DNA of 64,000 bases, taken from Hormiphora californensis. Lineage: Eukaryota > Animalia > Ctenophora. Every line of letters starts with the position of its first letter. The stretch's first letter is position 1. Shown piece by piece: positions 11,301 to 23,999 of this stretch. The position numbers and the translations under genes were made by a program. The notes beneath the pieces were generated by a model that saw only the letters and a list, made by a program, of their open reading frames with translations, made no database searches and had not been told where the DNA came from. The DNA is taken from positions 6,076,001 to 6,140,000 of the forward strand of contig CM035353.1 of assembly GCA_020137815.1 (NCBI GenBank), given 5' to 3'.

Positions 11301-14300
11301 CGGTGAAAGGGATACGATTTTTTTTTCCGGGGGAAAAACCCCCCTTAAATCGACTATTCTGCGTCGAAATATGTTTTTTTAAAATTTTCCTTACAACAGC
11401 CAATCCCCCAAAATAACAAAAAATTATCCCAAAAATTTTGCATAATTTGCCCCCCCTGCTCAAATAAAATTTTATATAGCCCCCAACATGAAAGAATAGT
11501 CGATTTAGGGGGGTGCCCGGGGGAAAAAAAGTCTAAATCCAGGGGTTTTTTCATTTGGTTTTTTAAAAAAGGTCGTTGCTTATGTAGTAGGGATGTATAA
11601 GAGAAAGGGTTTTGGGACCCCCCTCTAATTTTTGAACAAACCATCGCCCAAATTTTAAATTTTTAAAAAAAACTAATAGATACCCCCATTGAGGTAGCTT
11701 TACAAAAAAAAATTTCAGTTCGTAGCTTGTCGGGAAAAAAGGGTTAATAGCCCCTTTCAAAAAGGGGCGAAAGTCGCACCCGTTGGTTACTGCACTGGCC
11801 CCCAAAATCGGGCGAAAAAATTTTCTGCGTAAATTTTTTCCCTTTCATTTTTTGGGATCTTATAATTTTCTGGGATGACCCCTAAAAGGGGAAAGGATGG
11901 TTTTTTAAATGCTGGGGGGTTTTCCCCCAAAAACCCCCCTACCACGGGGCACTTGCCAGTGCAGTGATAATGCAGTTGCTAAGTTAACACTAACACCCGA
12001 AAGCCCTTACTTGAAGTTCAACCCTTGTGTGCGCTAGATAGGCAGAGGGCGCTAGATTTGAAATGGAGGCATGCTTACCTTTTGCCACCTCCATATGAGT
12101 TTTGATATTGTTACCGTCAAGCCAGTATAAAACTGGAACAGAAGGCTTACATCCTTCAATAACTGTTGACCGTCCAGGTCCACCAACAAGAGAGGAAATA
12201 CCAAGCGCCGATGATGTGTTGTGAATTAATGCCATTTTTAAAACGGTTTCCTTTAATGTTTCATCATGTCGATTGTAATTAGGTTGTTGGGGACCTCTCT
12301 CAATCACATTCTTAACTGCTTTAATAAGAAATGGATACTTCTCTAATGCCTCGATACGCTCCGCTGTCCTAAACTTCCCATCCAAACTAAGCAAACTCCA
12401 CACATCTGGTTGCTCATCTATTGTTTCTGATGCCAAACCCGATGTTGAGGGCTCCAGAACTGAACTATTTGATGTTGGGGGGTCGTTTGGTGCTGAAGGG
12501 TTCAACTGAACTGTTTGATGTCCAGGGATTGGCTGAAGGGCCAAGGATTCGTGTTGTGGAAATTCGTGTTGTGGAAATTCGGGCTGCGAGAGCTCTAAAG
12601 TTGAGGAGGGGTCCAGCTCTGTAGATTTGGGGGTCATTTGAAACATTAATTGCTTTTGGACCTTCTTCTTTTCATGAATAATTTCCCCATTTATTCTCGA
12701 TAGCCTCCAGCTACATCGTTCACAATGTTTGTCAGATTGAAAGTGTTTCTTAGATTTTTGTAAAAACCCCGGGAGTGTCCAATTTTCCCCCAAATTTTTG
12801 GGTGTGCAAATTAGTTTCCCTTTTTTGGTTTTGACCCAAACCCAGGGGGCCCTTGAGAGTTTGATAAGAACAGGGGCCGTTCATCGTTTAAAAATATGAA
12901 TCGGGAATTAGATTTTTTGGGGAAGGCCCTTTCCCCCTTTTAAAACTTTTTTTATTCAAAATTTTTCTTCCCTTGGCCAAAAAATTTAATAAAAGATTTT
13001 TGGGGTTTAATAAAGAGGAAAAGGAATTAGAAAAGGGAAAAAAAGGGGGGGGAACTGGAAAAAAGTTGGGGGGGGGAATAAAAACAAAAAAACCCAACCC
13101 CCCAAAGGTGGGAGAATGGTAAAAAATGGGGTAAAAATAAAGGGGATACTTTCCAATACCCATCGGAAATAACTGTAAAGGAAAAATTTGAGCTTTAAAA
13201 TTTTCCCAAAATTAAATGCAAAAGTGTCCCGAAAGGGTAAAAAAAGCAAAAAAAAGAGGGCAAAAAAAGCAAAAAAAAAAGCTAAAAAAAGCCAACTTTA
13301 AAAAAAGAAAATCGACCAAAATCGGGTTTTACCGTTTGGTTTTTTTTAGGTTTTGGACCCCCCCCCCCCCCCCCCTTTCCCCCTGGGGTAAAGCCCCTAA
13401 AAAGGGTTTTTTTTTTCAAAGCCACACAAATAAAAGAAAAAAAATATATTTTTTGTGGGCCCAAACATACACAAACAGCATACTTTTCCCCATAAAATGG
13501 AGCGTTTTTACAAAAAAAAAAATTTGTCCAACACAGAGAAACGGCTTTTTTGGGGCGGTTTCCCTAAATTTGCCAATAAAGTCCCCCGAAAGGTCATTTT
13601 TGACACCCCCGGGGGCGTTTAAAAATTTCCATCCCGGATAACCTCCGAATTAAAGGACAGCTATCTCGTTTCGTTTACTTTGAAAGCTTTATATATATTC
13701 AACAAGCTACAATAGAAGTGCTTCATAATGTTTCAGTCATTTATCTATTTAGAAAATTCGATTTAGTGAGGGCATACGTTCATGTCGCCCAAAAAGGGCA
13801 TTATATTAAGGGGTAAGCTTAAAATACAATCTTAGTATAAATTCAGTTGCAAACCTGTGTTTCCTGTGAAACTTTAAATGAGTAAAGGGGTTCTTTTTAG
13901 GTGTGTGTTTTTTAAAGGGTGGGGTATTTTAAAAAATTTTTTTTCCCTGGGGCCATTCAGTATCTAGCTAATGTAAAAACAAAGGGGGAAAATTCTCTTC
14001 CCCATCAGAAAAACGAATGGGAAAATGTTTGTCATTTTAGGGTTGGCATCGCTTTTTAAAAAGTGTATTTTTAACCGAAAAAGGGGTAGAAAACAGAAAA
14101 TATGTGTGATTTTTCCAGTTTTTGAAAATGTTTTTTGATTCAACTTTTTATGGTCAGGATTGTTTTCAGCACCCAAAAACCGGGACAGGAATGTATCCTC
14201 TTTAAATGTTGCTAAAGTTATTTTTAAACCTAAAAATGTTCTTTTTTGAAAAAAAAATTTTCATTTTTGGACAGGGTTTTTTAAATTTTGAGAGTTTTTT

Positions 14301-14760
14301 CTTTTGAACGGGATCGTTTTTCCGCGGGAAAAAATTAGTCGATTCCCAACCAAATTTTTTGCTTTTCCCACCAAAAAAAAAAACTAAAAAATTAAAAATT
14401 TGTCCCCCGTTCGGGAAATTTGGTAAAATTCCCAAGAAAAAAAGGGAGAAAAATTTTTATTTTTTTTTCATAAAGTGGATATCAAAGGCCTAAAAAGGGA
14501 AGGGTTAACAGTTGTAAAAGTTGTCACGGGGAACGATTTATGGTGTGTTTTTTTTCAAAAAAAAACCCCCTTAAAACAATTTTTTTTGAAATAAAATATC
14601 CCCATATAGGGGGCAAAGTTTGGGCCAAACGAAATTTTGGGGCCATGGTAGACCCAAAAATTTTTGTGATAAAATTTTTTAGAATGATCGTAGGAGCCTT
14701 TAAAAACCCAAAACCAAAGTAAAATTTTAATTTAAAATTGGGCCTTTTAAAAAAATAGCA
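5400..14760. other. Low-quality, homopolymer-degraded consensus with islands of normal sequence (~11950-12770, ~13640-13900)
   Basis: Extreme excess of A/C/G/T runs and ORFs made only of K/F/G/P. Same texture as 41.1-46.3 kb, where clean paralogs reveal the error pattern. Confidence 0.85.
11990..12770 (-). CDS. Partial ORF of unknown function, possibly a transposon protein fragment
   Basis: About 260 aa open frame with normal composition inside the noisy block. CxxC near the N-terminus and a possible gtaagc donor near 12078. Confidence 0.35.
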
Positions 14761-14764
14761 CACA

Positions 14765-15000
14765 CTGTTTATGCCATACGTTCGTTGTAGTTTTGGTGAT
14801 ATTGACCATGAGATATCGCCACAATTTTTGCATTTACTGTCATACACGGCAGCCATCGAATGAACCCTCGGTCCGACATGTGTATCAAGTACCTCTCCAC
14901 ACTAACAACACCGTTTCAAAAGCTTGCTCAGCTGGCTGGTGCTCAATAACAGATAGTCTGGAAGGTCTTGGGTCACTGTTTTCCTCCTGAATGGGATATC
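14765..15000 (-). pseudogene. Mutator-like transposase N-terminal zinc-ribbon fragment
   Basis: YLLLSTSQLSKLLKRCC*CG...SKCKNCGDISWSISPKLQRTYGIN fits the CxxC..CxxC..W.S.P....N pattern. One in-frame stop. Confidence 0.5.
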
Positions 15001-17609
15001 ATTAGATCATACGACATACATCATTTTTCCACGTGTTCTCACACGTACTCTTTACCAGAGCTGTACGTCAGTTGTTAAATTTCAAACAACAAGAAAATTC
15101 CCAACTATTGATCCATGGTCTCGTCTTCATTGGATCGTCTCTTCTTGCTGGGAGTGCGGAACTCTTCCCCTTCTTCATCCTCCGCAAAATCAGCCAGGAG
15201 TCCTTTGATAGAGGCGGGTGGGGCCGGGGGTTATCCTTCTTAGTCTCACTGTATGCCTCTTCTTCTGACTCCTCGTTCTCACTGTCCGGAGCAATTGGGA
15301 GTTTTTTGCTGTTCACCGGGGGTGGGCGCCTGTGTTGGTTAAGCCAGGGCCCAGGTTGACGAGGCTGGTTGGGAAGGTTAGCCCATTGGTTACCCCACTG
15401 ATTCCACAACTGTTGTTGGAGTTGTGCCACTGGCCAGGAGCTGTTGTTGTAGCTGGGACATGTGATCACTGATCACCAATGGAGTTTGGATAGGGCACCC
15501 TGCTGTTGGATTCTCGCAGGTGTAAGTGGCTCGACTTGGTCCTGTTTACCGCTTGCTATGAACATCTTCCCCACCGTTAGTTTTCCGAAGTTTTTCAGAG
15601 ACTCCCCCGTTGCGGTGGTCTTGTCTGGGAGGCTGTCTACCCGTATCTCGCAATACGCTTTGGTGTCCTTGTAGCGTATTACCTTGAATCCTGAGGGAGT
15701 ATTTGGTATTATTTTTTGTCTGCTTTTAACATGAACATGTTTCATCAATTTTGATGTTTTTCTAATTGTGCTGTACCTGGAAGTGTCGGCGGCATGCCTC
15801 CCGTAAAAAATATCGCCCCCGCGGTCTCCGAGGGAGTTAGAATGCAGTCTATCGGCAAGTCAGGTTGTGTACTCATGTCCACCGCTATCCTTGAGGACTC
15901 CTAGAGTCATCCGCGTCATCGTACAAAGGAACACGCATCCTCCTTTTGAGTTGCCAGGAGCTGTTGTTGTAGCTGGGGTGTGATCAGTGATCACTGATCA
16001 CCAATGGAGTTTGGATAGGGGCACCCTGCTGGGCTTGGTGGCTGGGTCCTTGGCCGACTGTTTGTTGGGAGCTGCTAGTGCCAGGCTGGCTGTTGGTTCC
16101 TTCTGCCTGTGGGGGTCCTGGGAGTGTTACAACATTAACCACAGCAGTCATAGAGCTACATAGAGTTATATACCGAGTATACAGTACAATTTCATATGAA
16201 CACAAGTTAGATCAACTAAAATTTAAACTAAACTAAAGACTAATAAACCAACCGATACTATAACCACTGAACCAAAAAACTAGAAAACTAACAAAGAAAA
16301 AACACCGGCAAGAACACATAGGGGAAAACGGGTCAAAAAATGATAAAATACTGACAAAAAGAATAATCAAAAGATGAAAAGTAAAGAATCAAAAGAACAT
16401 GATATAAACAGCAAAAAGATAAAATCCAGATCAAATGATCATGATTGAACAAAAAATATTTAAGAGCTGGGAACAAGTTACAAAACATAAAATGACGGCC
16501 GACGGGTAACCACCCTCTACAATCTACATGGCAGTAAGGTATCGGAACCACTAATATTTTAATCAGAAAATTACACTGTACTTCAGGAGATATATTATTT
16601 AATGTCTGGCCGATGCCTGGATGACTTACATGAGGAAGTGCCTCTTCTAGATGTAGTTTAACCTTATCAGAAACAGTATGGCATAGATAATTATAACTAA
16701 GCAATGTTCCTAAATTCTTGTTTTAGGATCATTGCAACTCATTCGAGTGGAATCCAATTTCATGTAGAAGGAGTCTACTTTCTATCGGTACATAACTACA
16801 GTCTACTTAGTAAGATAATGGGATTGGGACAATTCTCATAATCACATGTTATAGTTGTTCAGTGTAAATAGTCACATGCCACGTGTTCCCATGATAGCTC
16901 TTAAATACTTTTGTGCATTACAATATCACCCTTTTATCAGGTTATCAAGCTCGCCTGAACGGTGTAGTGTATGCAAATGTATCAAACAAATGCATTAAAT
17001 AATTATGATTAAAGCTATAACATACACTACCTCTATATATATATTACTGATCCAGCTGGATTCTTGTTCAGCTTCTCTATTCGACTGTGTAGTAAAAACT
17101 CACTCGTACCCTCATCCAACTCTAGATAAAGCGGTATCATTCGAGTCGGTATTGTCTGCCTCCTATATTTCGGGCATGATGTTCTCACCCCAAACCACGT
17201 TTTAAACAATCCGCTACTCTTACGCCATATATAAATAGTCTTCCACCTGCCTCTCCTGCCTCTGTGCCCTTCGGTGACCTCTGATCGAGATTGATCTGAC
17301 CATCGTAAAGCTCAGTTTCAGTTTCAGGTATACCTACCTAAGTAGCGTATGCATTCCTGGTAATCATAACCCTGAACTAACTAACACAGAAAAAACAGCG
17401 GCAGGAACATACAATGGAGAACGGGTTAAAAAATGATAAAATACTGACAAAAAATATTCAAAAGATGAAAAGAATATGATGTAAACCGCAAAAAGATGAA
17501 GTTCAGATCAAATGATCATGATTGAAAAAATTAGAATTCACTGACAAATAATAGTTAAAACAAAAAATAGTTAAAGTAAGAGTGGTGCACCGTGTTTTCT
17601 CACAAAACG

Positions 17610-18176
17610 TAGTGGATGAACGGGGAGTACCATCAGGACCATTGCTACGGTACTATCTAAACTTTCTAATTTTGTCTCGTTCATTAGTTATGACGTAATA
17701 TGTTCATTATTTGAACTTTCATAAAATTGCTCTACAGCAAAATATGTGCGTTGTGGATTGAAATGGATGCTTCCATCGTTTTCAGCGTCAAACAAGAATC
17801 ATTGCATTATGTATTCATAATGCTGTGTGTGTACCGGGTTGCCCCTCGCAACGAAAGTGTGACCAAAATGGTCCCTCTACCGATTAGTTAGTATACCAAA
17901 ATGTCGTTTTCGAATTCTAACCCTGCTATGCCTTTTTACAAAGTAAAAAGGCATCCGGGTGGATGCCTTCGGCATCCACCCGGGCAGGGAAAAAATACAC
18001 CAAAATGGGAGAAAAAGAGTTTGTTAGTTGTTTGTGTGCGTGTGCAACCACTTGTAACAAACTATCTTTCTCTCATTTTGGTCGTTTTTGATATTTGTCA
18101 ATATCTTGCGTCACAGACAAGGTAGAGACACCAAAACTTGGTACCCCGACTGATGGTACTCCCCGTTCATCCACTA
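17610..18176. mobile_element. MITE-like element with 27-bp inverted repeats, hosting a nested HINE
   Basis: TAGTGGATGAACGGGGAGTACCATCAG (17610-17636) and its reverse complement (18150-18176). Confidence 0.65.
17791..17995 (-). mobile_element. Helentron-associated (DINE-1/HINE-like) element, internally deleted copy 1
   Basis: AACAAG end, GCATTATG..CATAATGC hairpin, double hairpin and GGGCAGGGAAAAAA end. Ends shared with 30452-31013 and 37146-37691. Confidence 0.7.
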
Positions 18177-18337
18177 AGTGCACCAGTTCTCAGTTGGATC
18201 AGATATCGGAACCAGTGGATCTATGGGCGAAAGCCCCCCCGGAAAAATTTTGAAGGGTTTTAACTAGTTTTCACACTTTTAAGCATTTATAAGGCACATT
18301 TTAAATAATAATGAAATAGTAATTTTACGGAAGAATT

Positions 18338-19140
18338 TTACAGGGCAACTTTCCTCTCAACCATCGCTGCAAACTTAGAAATTATTCTTCCAATGTCAAC
18401 ACTGAGGGTGATACTCCGATGATGGTTTAGAAGGACAAACTCTTCAGTGTGCTTGTCGTTCAGTGACCGGGGGGGGGGGGGGGTTCAGGATTAAGTGGTC
18501 GGACGTATATATCGGCCTAAAAATTGCTTAAGTGGTCAAAATCCAAAAGGACCCCCCCACCCCCTAAAATTGACCACTTAATCAGTGGTCAAACCCTAAA
18601 TAGACCCCTAAACCCCCAAAATTTACCGAAAAACTAGCTTTTTTGCCCAAAAAATGGCAAAATTTAGGCTGTTTTCTGGGACCAAAACCAAAAAGTTTCC
18701 GCGAGAAAATTGAAATTTGAATTTTGAAAATTGAAAATTTTTCAGGTCCACCTCGAAGAATCTCAATTTTTACCGAAAATTGACCAAACTTGGCCGAAAA
18801 TTGACCAAATTTGGCCAAAAAATGACCATTTAGCGAAAAACACTAAGTGGCAAGTTTGAAAAAACACCCACCCCCTTAAGTGGCATATACGTCCGAACCA
18901 TTTATCCTGAACCCCCCCCCCCCCCCCCCCCGCAGTGACGACCTCATCGATGTTTTTACTCTGTTCATAGTGGAGAATACCCTCTCTGGTTTTGCAGATG
19001 TTGCAGCGAAAGTGTTTCGCAACTGTACTAGCTTCATTATACATGGGTAACTCTCTGGGTTGCTGCTTACTGATCTGTTCATCGAATACCGCACAGCTTC
19101 GCGAGATAGATAGCTAACGAGCAGTAGAGCGTGTTCCAAC
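18338..19140 (-). pseudogene. hAT transposase C-terminal dimerisation domain, split by a MITE
   Basis: YPCIMKLVQLRNTFAATSAKPERVFSTMNRVKTSMRSSL|NDKHTEEFVLLNHHRSI...KFAAMVERKVAL*. The frame is restored when 18468-18932 and one TSD copy are removed. Confidence 0.8.
18468..18932. mobile_element. MITE with C(G)n...(C)nG termini and 7-bp TSD
   Basis: TIR CG(n)TTCAGGAT.AA.TGGT.CGGACGTATAT. CAGTGAC at 18461-18467 and 18933-18939. Confidence 0.85.
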
Positions 19141-19269
19141 TACCATCTTCTCAAATTGACAAATCAAGTTTAACAATCACTTATAATGTCGATGCAAAGA
19201 TCCTCATCATTGCAAAATGCGTTCTGGGTAGTTTCTAATGAAACTATTGTTCTATCTTTCAAGTAGAGT

Positions 19270-19560
19270 TTATTGAGGTACAACGAAATATACATATAAT
19301 ATCCCAGGGCTAACTTTCTGATTTTCCATAGTATCACAATGGAAAACTGTTGTCGTATCACTCGTATCTCCGGATAGGTATTGAAACGTATCTCCGGATC
19401 TAGAAATCCATATATACATGTGACAGATTTCCAAGATGCCATGAGATGATGCAATGTCATTGGTGCCCACTAGGATACTAATAGAATCAATGTCCAAATC
19501 ACGAGTCCAGGATCCAGACATTCTTATCAAGTCAGGGATAGTGGCACCCCCCCCCATTGC
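19270..19560 (-). pseudogene. SGNH/GDSL esterase fragment typical of LINE ORF1
   Basis: GGATIPDL...ISILVGTNDI matches SGNH blocks II and III. Confidence 0.55.
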
Positions 19561-19954
19561 ATGATCTTGAGCTTAGTGTTGGTTGAAATTCAGCTCTCTA
19601 GGTCAGCTTGATCACGAGCCGCATAAATATCATATAATATGAAACGTATGAAACGTATCCATCACCAGTAATGATTATCCCATCGCCTAGAATTAGGGCC
19701 ATAATTATAGATAATGATCCCATTATATCTCCCTGTAACTTCAGCTGTGCCTGACTGTAGAGTTTTAACATTAGTCATACCATGGGAAAATATGCCAACA
19801 CAGTATGAAGGCACGAATGGTTAATTAGTTACTAACTAATTAACCATTCGTGCCTAATTTAGTTAGCAGCCCGAGGAAATCTTGGTAACCACCCGGGAAC
19901 TGAGCCTCGGGGCGGTGCACCGGCATGATAGAAACTTTTGGAGTTGGGGCCCTT

Positions 19955-20053
19955 CCCTGCTAAAATTTAGTTCGACGCGCGATTGATTAACGATTGATTA
20001 AAGATTGATATCAATCGTTAATCAATCGCGCGTCGAACTAAATTTTAGTAGGG
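19955..20053. mobile_element. 99-bp palindromic MITE with CCC..GGG termini and TT TSD (CMC/EnSpm-like)
   Basis: CCCTGCTAAAATTTAGTTCGACGCGCGATTGATT.../...AATCAATCGCGCGTCGAACTAAATTTTAGTAGGG. The paralogous empty site is at about 27175-27195. Confidence 0.8.
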
Positions 20054-20291
20054 TTAGGCTCTCCAGTTCTGCAACCTCCTCGCCGCCTCCCGGCCTGTTC
20101 TCTCTCTGTGTACTACATAGGTCTTCACACTTCTCCTTGTCACGGGGAGTTGGTCCTCCACAATTCTGGCATGTGTCTCTATCTTTCTTCTTCTTTAGAA
20201 GGACCCTTGTTAACCGGATCAGGTGAACAGTGTCATTTCGGAGATTTAATTGGTTTATGGAGTAAATTATAATTATTGAATACAAAGAACA

Positions 20292-20720
20292 CAGGGCTGG
20301 CTCCAGCCCGATATTTCTGGGGGGGTGCAGTGACCGAAGGCCCCTGTTCCCTAATAGTAGCATTTGCGACCGGAGCGCCCGAAGGGCGCGCAGGGAGCTC
20401 CGCCCAGGGGGGGGGGGGGGTCTAGGGGGCAAAGCCCCCGGAAATTTTTTAACTAAATCAAGCAAATTTTAGGGTTTTTAATCATTTGTGACGTCTACTT
20501 TCTAGATTTTTGAATGCTACAATGCTCTCTCTCTCTCACTCAGTGATGTTCACTAGGTGATTTAAATTCGGTTGTGATCAGTCAAAAATTTCACTGAAAA
20601 TTTTGTATTTTTGGGGTGGTTTCCCAATCCAAATGGTCTCAGACAGTCTTGGCAGCTTCGCTGCCAAGAATTTTTGGGGGGGTGTGCACCCCCCGCATCA
20701 CCCCCCTGGAGCCAGCCCTG
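20292..20720. mobile_element. hAT-type MITE
   Basis: TIR CAGGGCTGGCTCCAG and 8-bp TSD AAAGAACA (20284-20291, 20721-20728). Empty-site paralog at about 22451-22475. Confidence 0.9.
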
Positions 20721-20738
20721 AAAGAACACTACTATCGA

Positions 20739-21013
20739 TCAAATTTGTGACAATATGTAACTTACATATGATTTCCTTATTCGGTCTCGCTTATCCTCGC
20801 CCAATTTTTTGGCCTTTGCCATTGCTTTGCGCTTAGCCCCAAAATCCAATGGGTGCTCATCAAGGTCACTTTGATCATCCTGGTCATTTTCATAAGTCTC
20901 TCTACAAATATCATCATCAATCAGCAGGTTGTGTAGCCTACAACATGCGGAGATGACTTGCACAGAAAAGTCAACTTCATAAAACGGCAGCTGTACATAA
21001 AGCACCTTGAAAC
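20739..21013 (-). pseudogene. PIF/Harbinger (HARBI1-like) transposase C-terminal exon; partial second copy at 22474-22659
   Basis: FKVLYVQLPFYEVDFSVQVISACCRLHNLLIDD followed by an acidic tail. ACCxLHN motif and an acceptor ttcttcag. Confidence 0.7.
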
Positions 21014-21589
21014 TGAAGAAGAATAAGTAGTGTGTGTATATTGATATCCTTAATAATAATTATAAAATGCGTGGCGTGGTGATGGGTATCCAAATGAATT
21101 CGGTCGATAAAATGGCGAAATAAGTATAAAATGTGTTTAAAATGTGGGTCTTTAAACTGCTACAGATATATATGTATATATACATAGCTTCTGCGAATAG
21201 AAGTTCAATGTCAACTGCAGTTGTAGAAAATGTGGATAGACTAAACAAAGATATATATATATATATATGTAGAACTGAGAGATCATCACCTTTCTCAAAC
21301 CCTGGTTGGATACATAGAGCTTATTGCATAGAACCGAGAAACTTCCTCCTTACACAATACACAGGGGAAGCATCATCAGTAGCCTCTGTTCGGCAGTGTA
21401 GCCGCGGTCGTCGTTAGCCACCAGGTATTGGAAGCACGCTGAACAGAAGTCTGCTTGTAAGGTTTACCCAGGTCTATTCCTATTTTGGTAATCAGTTGGC
21501 CAAGACCCCTTTCCTCCTTGATCCCTTCTTACCCTGGCAGGCATGTCATGGTGTAACAAAATATAAATCAATTAAGGTGCTAAAAGTAT

Positions 21590-23800
21590 AGATGACCGTT
21601 TCCATATAATAACTCATTAACTTCCCCGGGATATAGACTATATACTATACAGTATATACACCTAAAGTCTAAACTAACTCGTCTTCGTGGAACTCTTTGG
21701 GGGCCATTGTAATGAACGAACATCTCTGATTGCACTTGAGAGTCTTCATTATCTTTCCCAGGATTGCAAAACCAGTCGTGATATACCTCCATTATGTGGC
21801 CACTGATTCTAATTTGCCGAGAACTTCAGGGTCACCTTTCTGTACCACTGCAATTATATAGTCACCACAATGTATGTACCCCTCGTTATCCATCAGGGAA
21901 AACGCACTGGTTTTTTCACTTGTCGATAAATATCTCTACCGTGGGCTCCTGGATAATGGTGCAGCTAACATGAACAGCGAACCGGCAGAGAGTCTCCGAC
22001 TGAATGTACTGGTGCTCCACTCTTGTCGTGCAGGTTGCCTCCAAGGAATGCACTGGTGCATGTTTCCGTCGGGTATGGGCGGTATACAAGCGCGGAATAT
22101 TATTATTATATTCTCAAATACACCCTTGAATGATTGAAGCTCCGGACGTCCTGGCCACCGAAACCAGACCCTGGCTGCTTTAGCGTCACGGTCTGTTCTG
22201 GTGTTCCCCCTCTGGACCTCACCGATTCCTCGCTGTCTGAACTCGGCTTTCTGTGCCGTGAGTTCTCAACGTCCATCAGTAAATAGCTCTCCTCCTCCGA
22301 GTCGATCTTCGTGTTGATAGGAGAAAAGAAGTCATGATCGGACTCTGGATGTACAGTATCGTCAGGGCGGCGGATCATGGCAATCTTGGGAGTTGGTTTT
22401 TGGAGTAAATTATAATTATTTTGGACAATATATTCTCAAATCCACCCCTGAATACAAAGAGCACTACTATCGATCAAATTTGTGACAATATGTAACTTAC
22501 ATATGATTTCCATATTCGGCCTCGCTTATCCTCGCCCAATTTTTTGGCCTTTGCCATTGCTTTGGGCTTAGCCCCAAAATCCAATGGGTCGTCATCAAGG
22601 TCACTTTGATCATCCTGGTCACTTTCATAAGTCTCTTTACAAATATTATCATCAATCACTCTTTTATCAGGCTATCAAACTCGCCTGAACGGTGTGGATC
22701 TGGGTATGTAAGATCCTCAAGCATCCTATATCCTTTCCTCCCAATGTGAACGAGAAGGCTCGCTACATATAGCTGGATGGAGATACAAGAGTTGAGGTGT
22801 CCACTACCTCAATTTATCTTTCTTTAAAACGAAACAAATTTCTTGACCAGGTTTTCTTGCATGACCGGGTTTATTCTCCTTTTTATTAGTGATTCTTATC
22901 GTCCTCATTTGTTGTTTCAAGTTTTCTTTTCTGATGTTCTCTTTACTGAAGACCTTTTAATTTATTGGAGTCACTATAATGAATGCTGATATCACCCCCA
23001 AAGAATATGTTTCTAGTTATGACTTTGTCATGTCCTCTCTTCTTCTCCCGACATCCCAAAGAGACAATGTGTCTCTCTCGGAGAGACTTTATTAAAATAT
23101 GTTCCGGGTAGTTTCTAATGAAACTGCTGTTCTATCTTTCAAGTAGAGTTTATTGCGGTAAAGTAAAGATTACCGTTTCCATATAATAACTCATTAACTT
23201 CCCCGGGATATAGACTATATATTATATATTATTTATCCGGAGAGACAGATCCGTATTCCTTCATAGTCGGTTTCAGAGACTGTTTCTTCAATACCGCTTG
23301 GAAGAACTTCTTCGTGGAACTCTTTGGGGGCCATTGCAATGAACGAACATCTCTGATTGCACTTGAGAGTCTTCATTATCTTTCCCAGGATTGCAAAACC
23401 GGTCGTGATATACCTCCATTATGCGGCCACTGATTCTAATTTGCCGAGAACAATTCAGGGTAACCTTTCTGTACCACTGCAATTATATAGTCACCACAAT
23501 ATGTACCCCTCGTTATCCATCAGGGAAAACGCACTTGTTTTTTCACTTGTCTAAATAAATAACTCTGTGCCGTGGGCTCCTGGATAATGGTGCAGCTAAC
23601 ATGAACCGGCAGAAAGTCTCCGACTGAATGTACTGGTGCTCCACTCTTGTCGTGCAGGTTGCCTCCAAGTTGCAGCCGTCGAATTGCCGTTGGAATTCCA
23701 CGACCCACGTAGATTGGACTGGGACACTTGATGTTGGAAGAAGAGTATACTCTCGAGTAGCATTCCTGGAAGGACGTGGCCACCATTGCTAACAAACAGC
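21590..23800 (-). repeat. Dispersed decayed repeat family (copies ~21590-22050, ~23170-23800, ~28270-28400), probable transposase remnant
   Basis: Shared sequence such as GAATGTACTGGTGCTCCACTCTTGTCGTGCAGGTTGCCTCCAAG. A broken frame ends in MFVHYNGP. Confidence 0.55.
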
Positions 23801-23999
23801 ATCAGAGATAAGGAGAGATCAGAGAAAGTCCCCCACTAACCCACTTCACCTCTCTTTCTCCATCCCTCTCCCCGGCCCCAGACCAACTCTATATTATTGT
23901 TGATAAGCACCTGGTTGATTAGTACCTGGTTAAAAGTTCCCTTATTTTTTCTCCGGCTCATGTTAGATTGATGTTGGTACCTTCACATGTCTACATATA

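Noticed and set aside
5592-14722. Dozens of K/F/G/P-rich ORFs
   Set aside because: Products of homopolymer-degraded sequence with no domain motifs (the 11990-12770 island excepted).
17941-17995. Rho-independent terminator-like hairpin plus A/T run
   Set aside because: Eukaryotic DNA; better explained as a HINE terminus.
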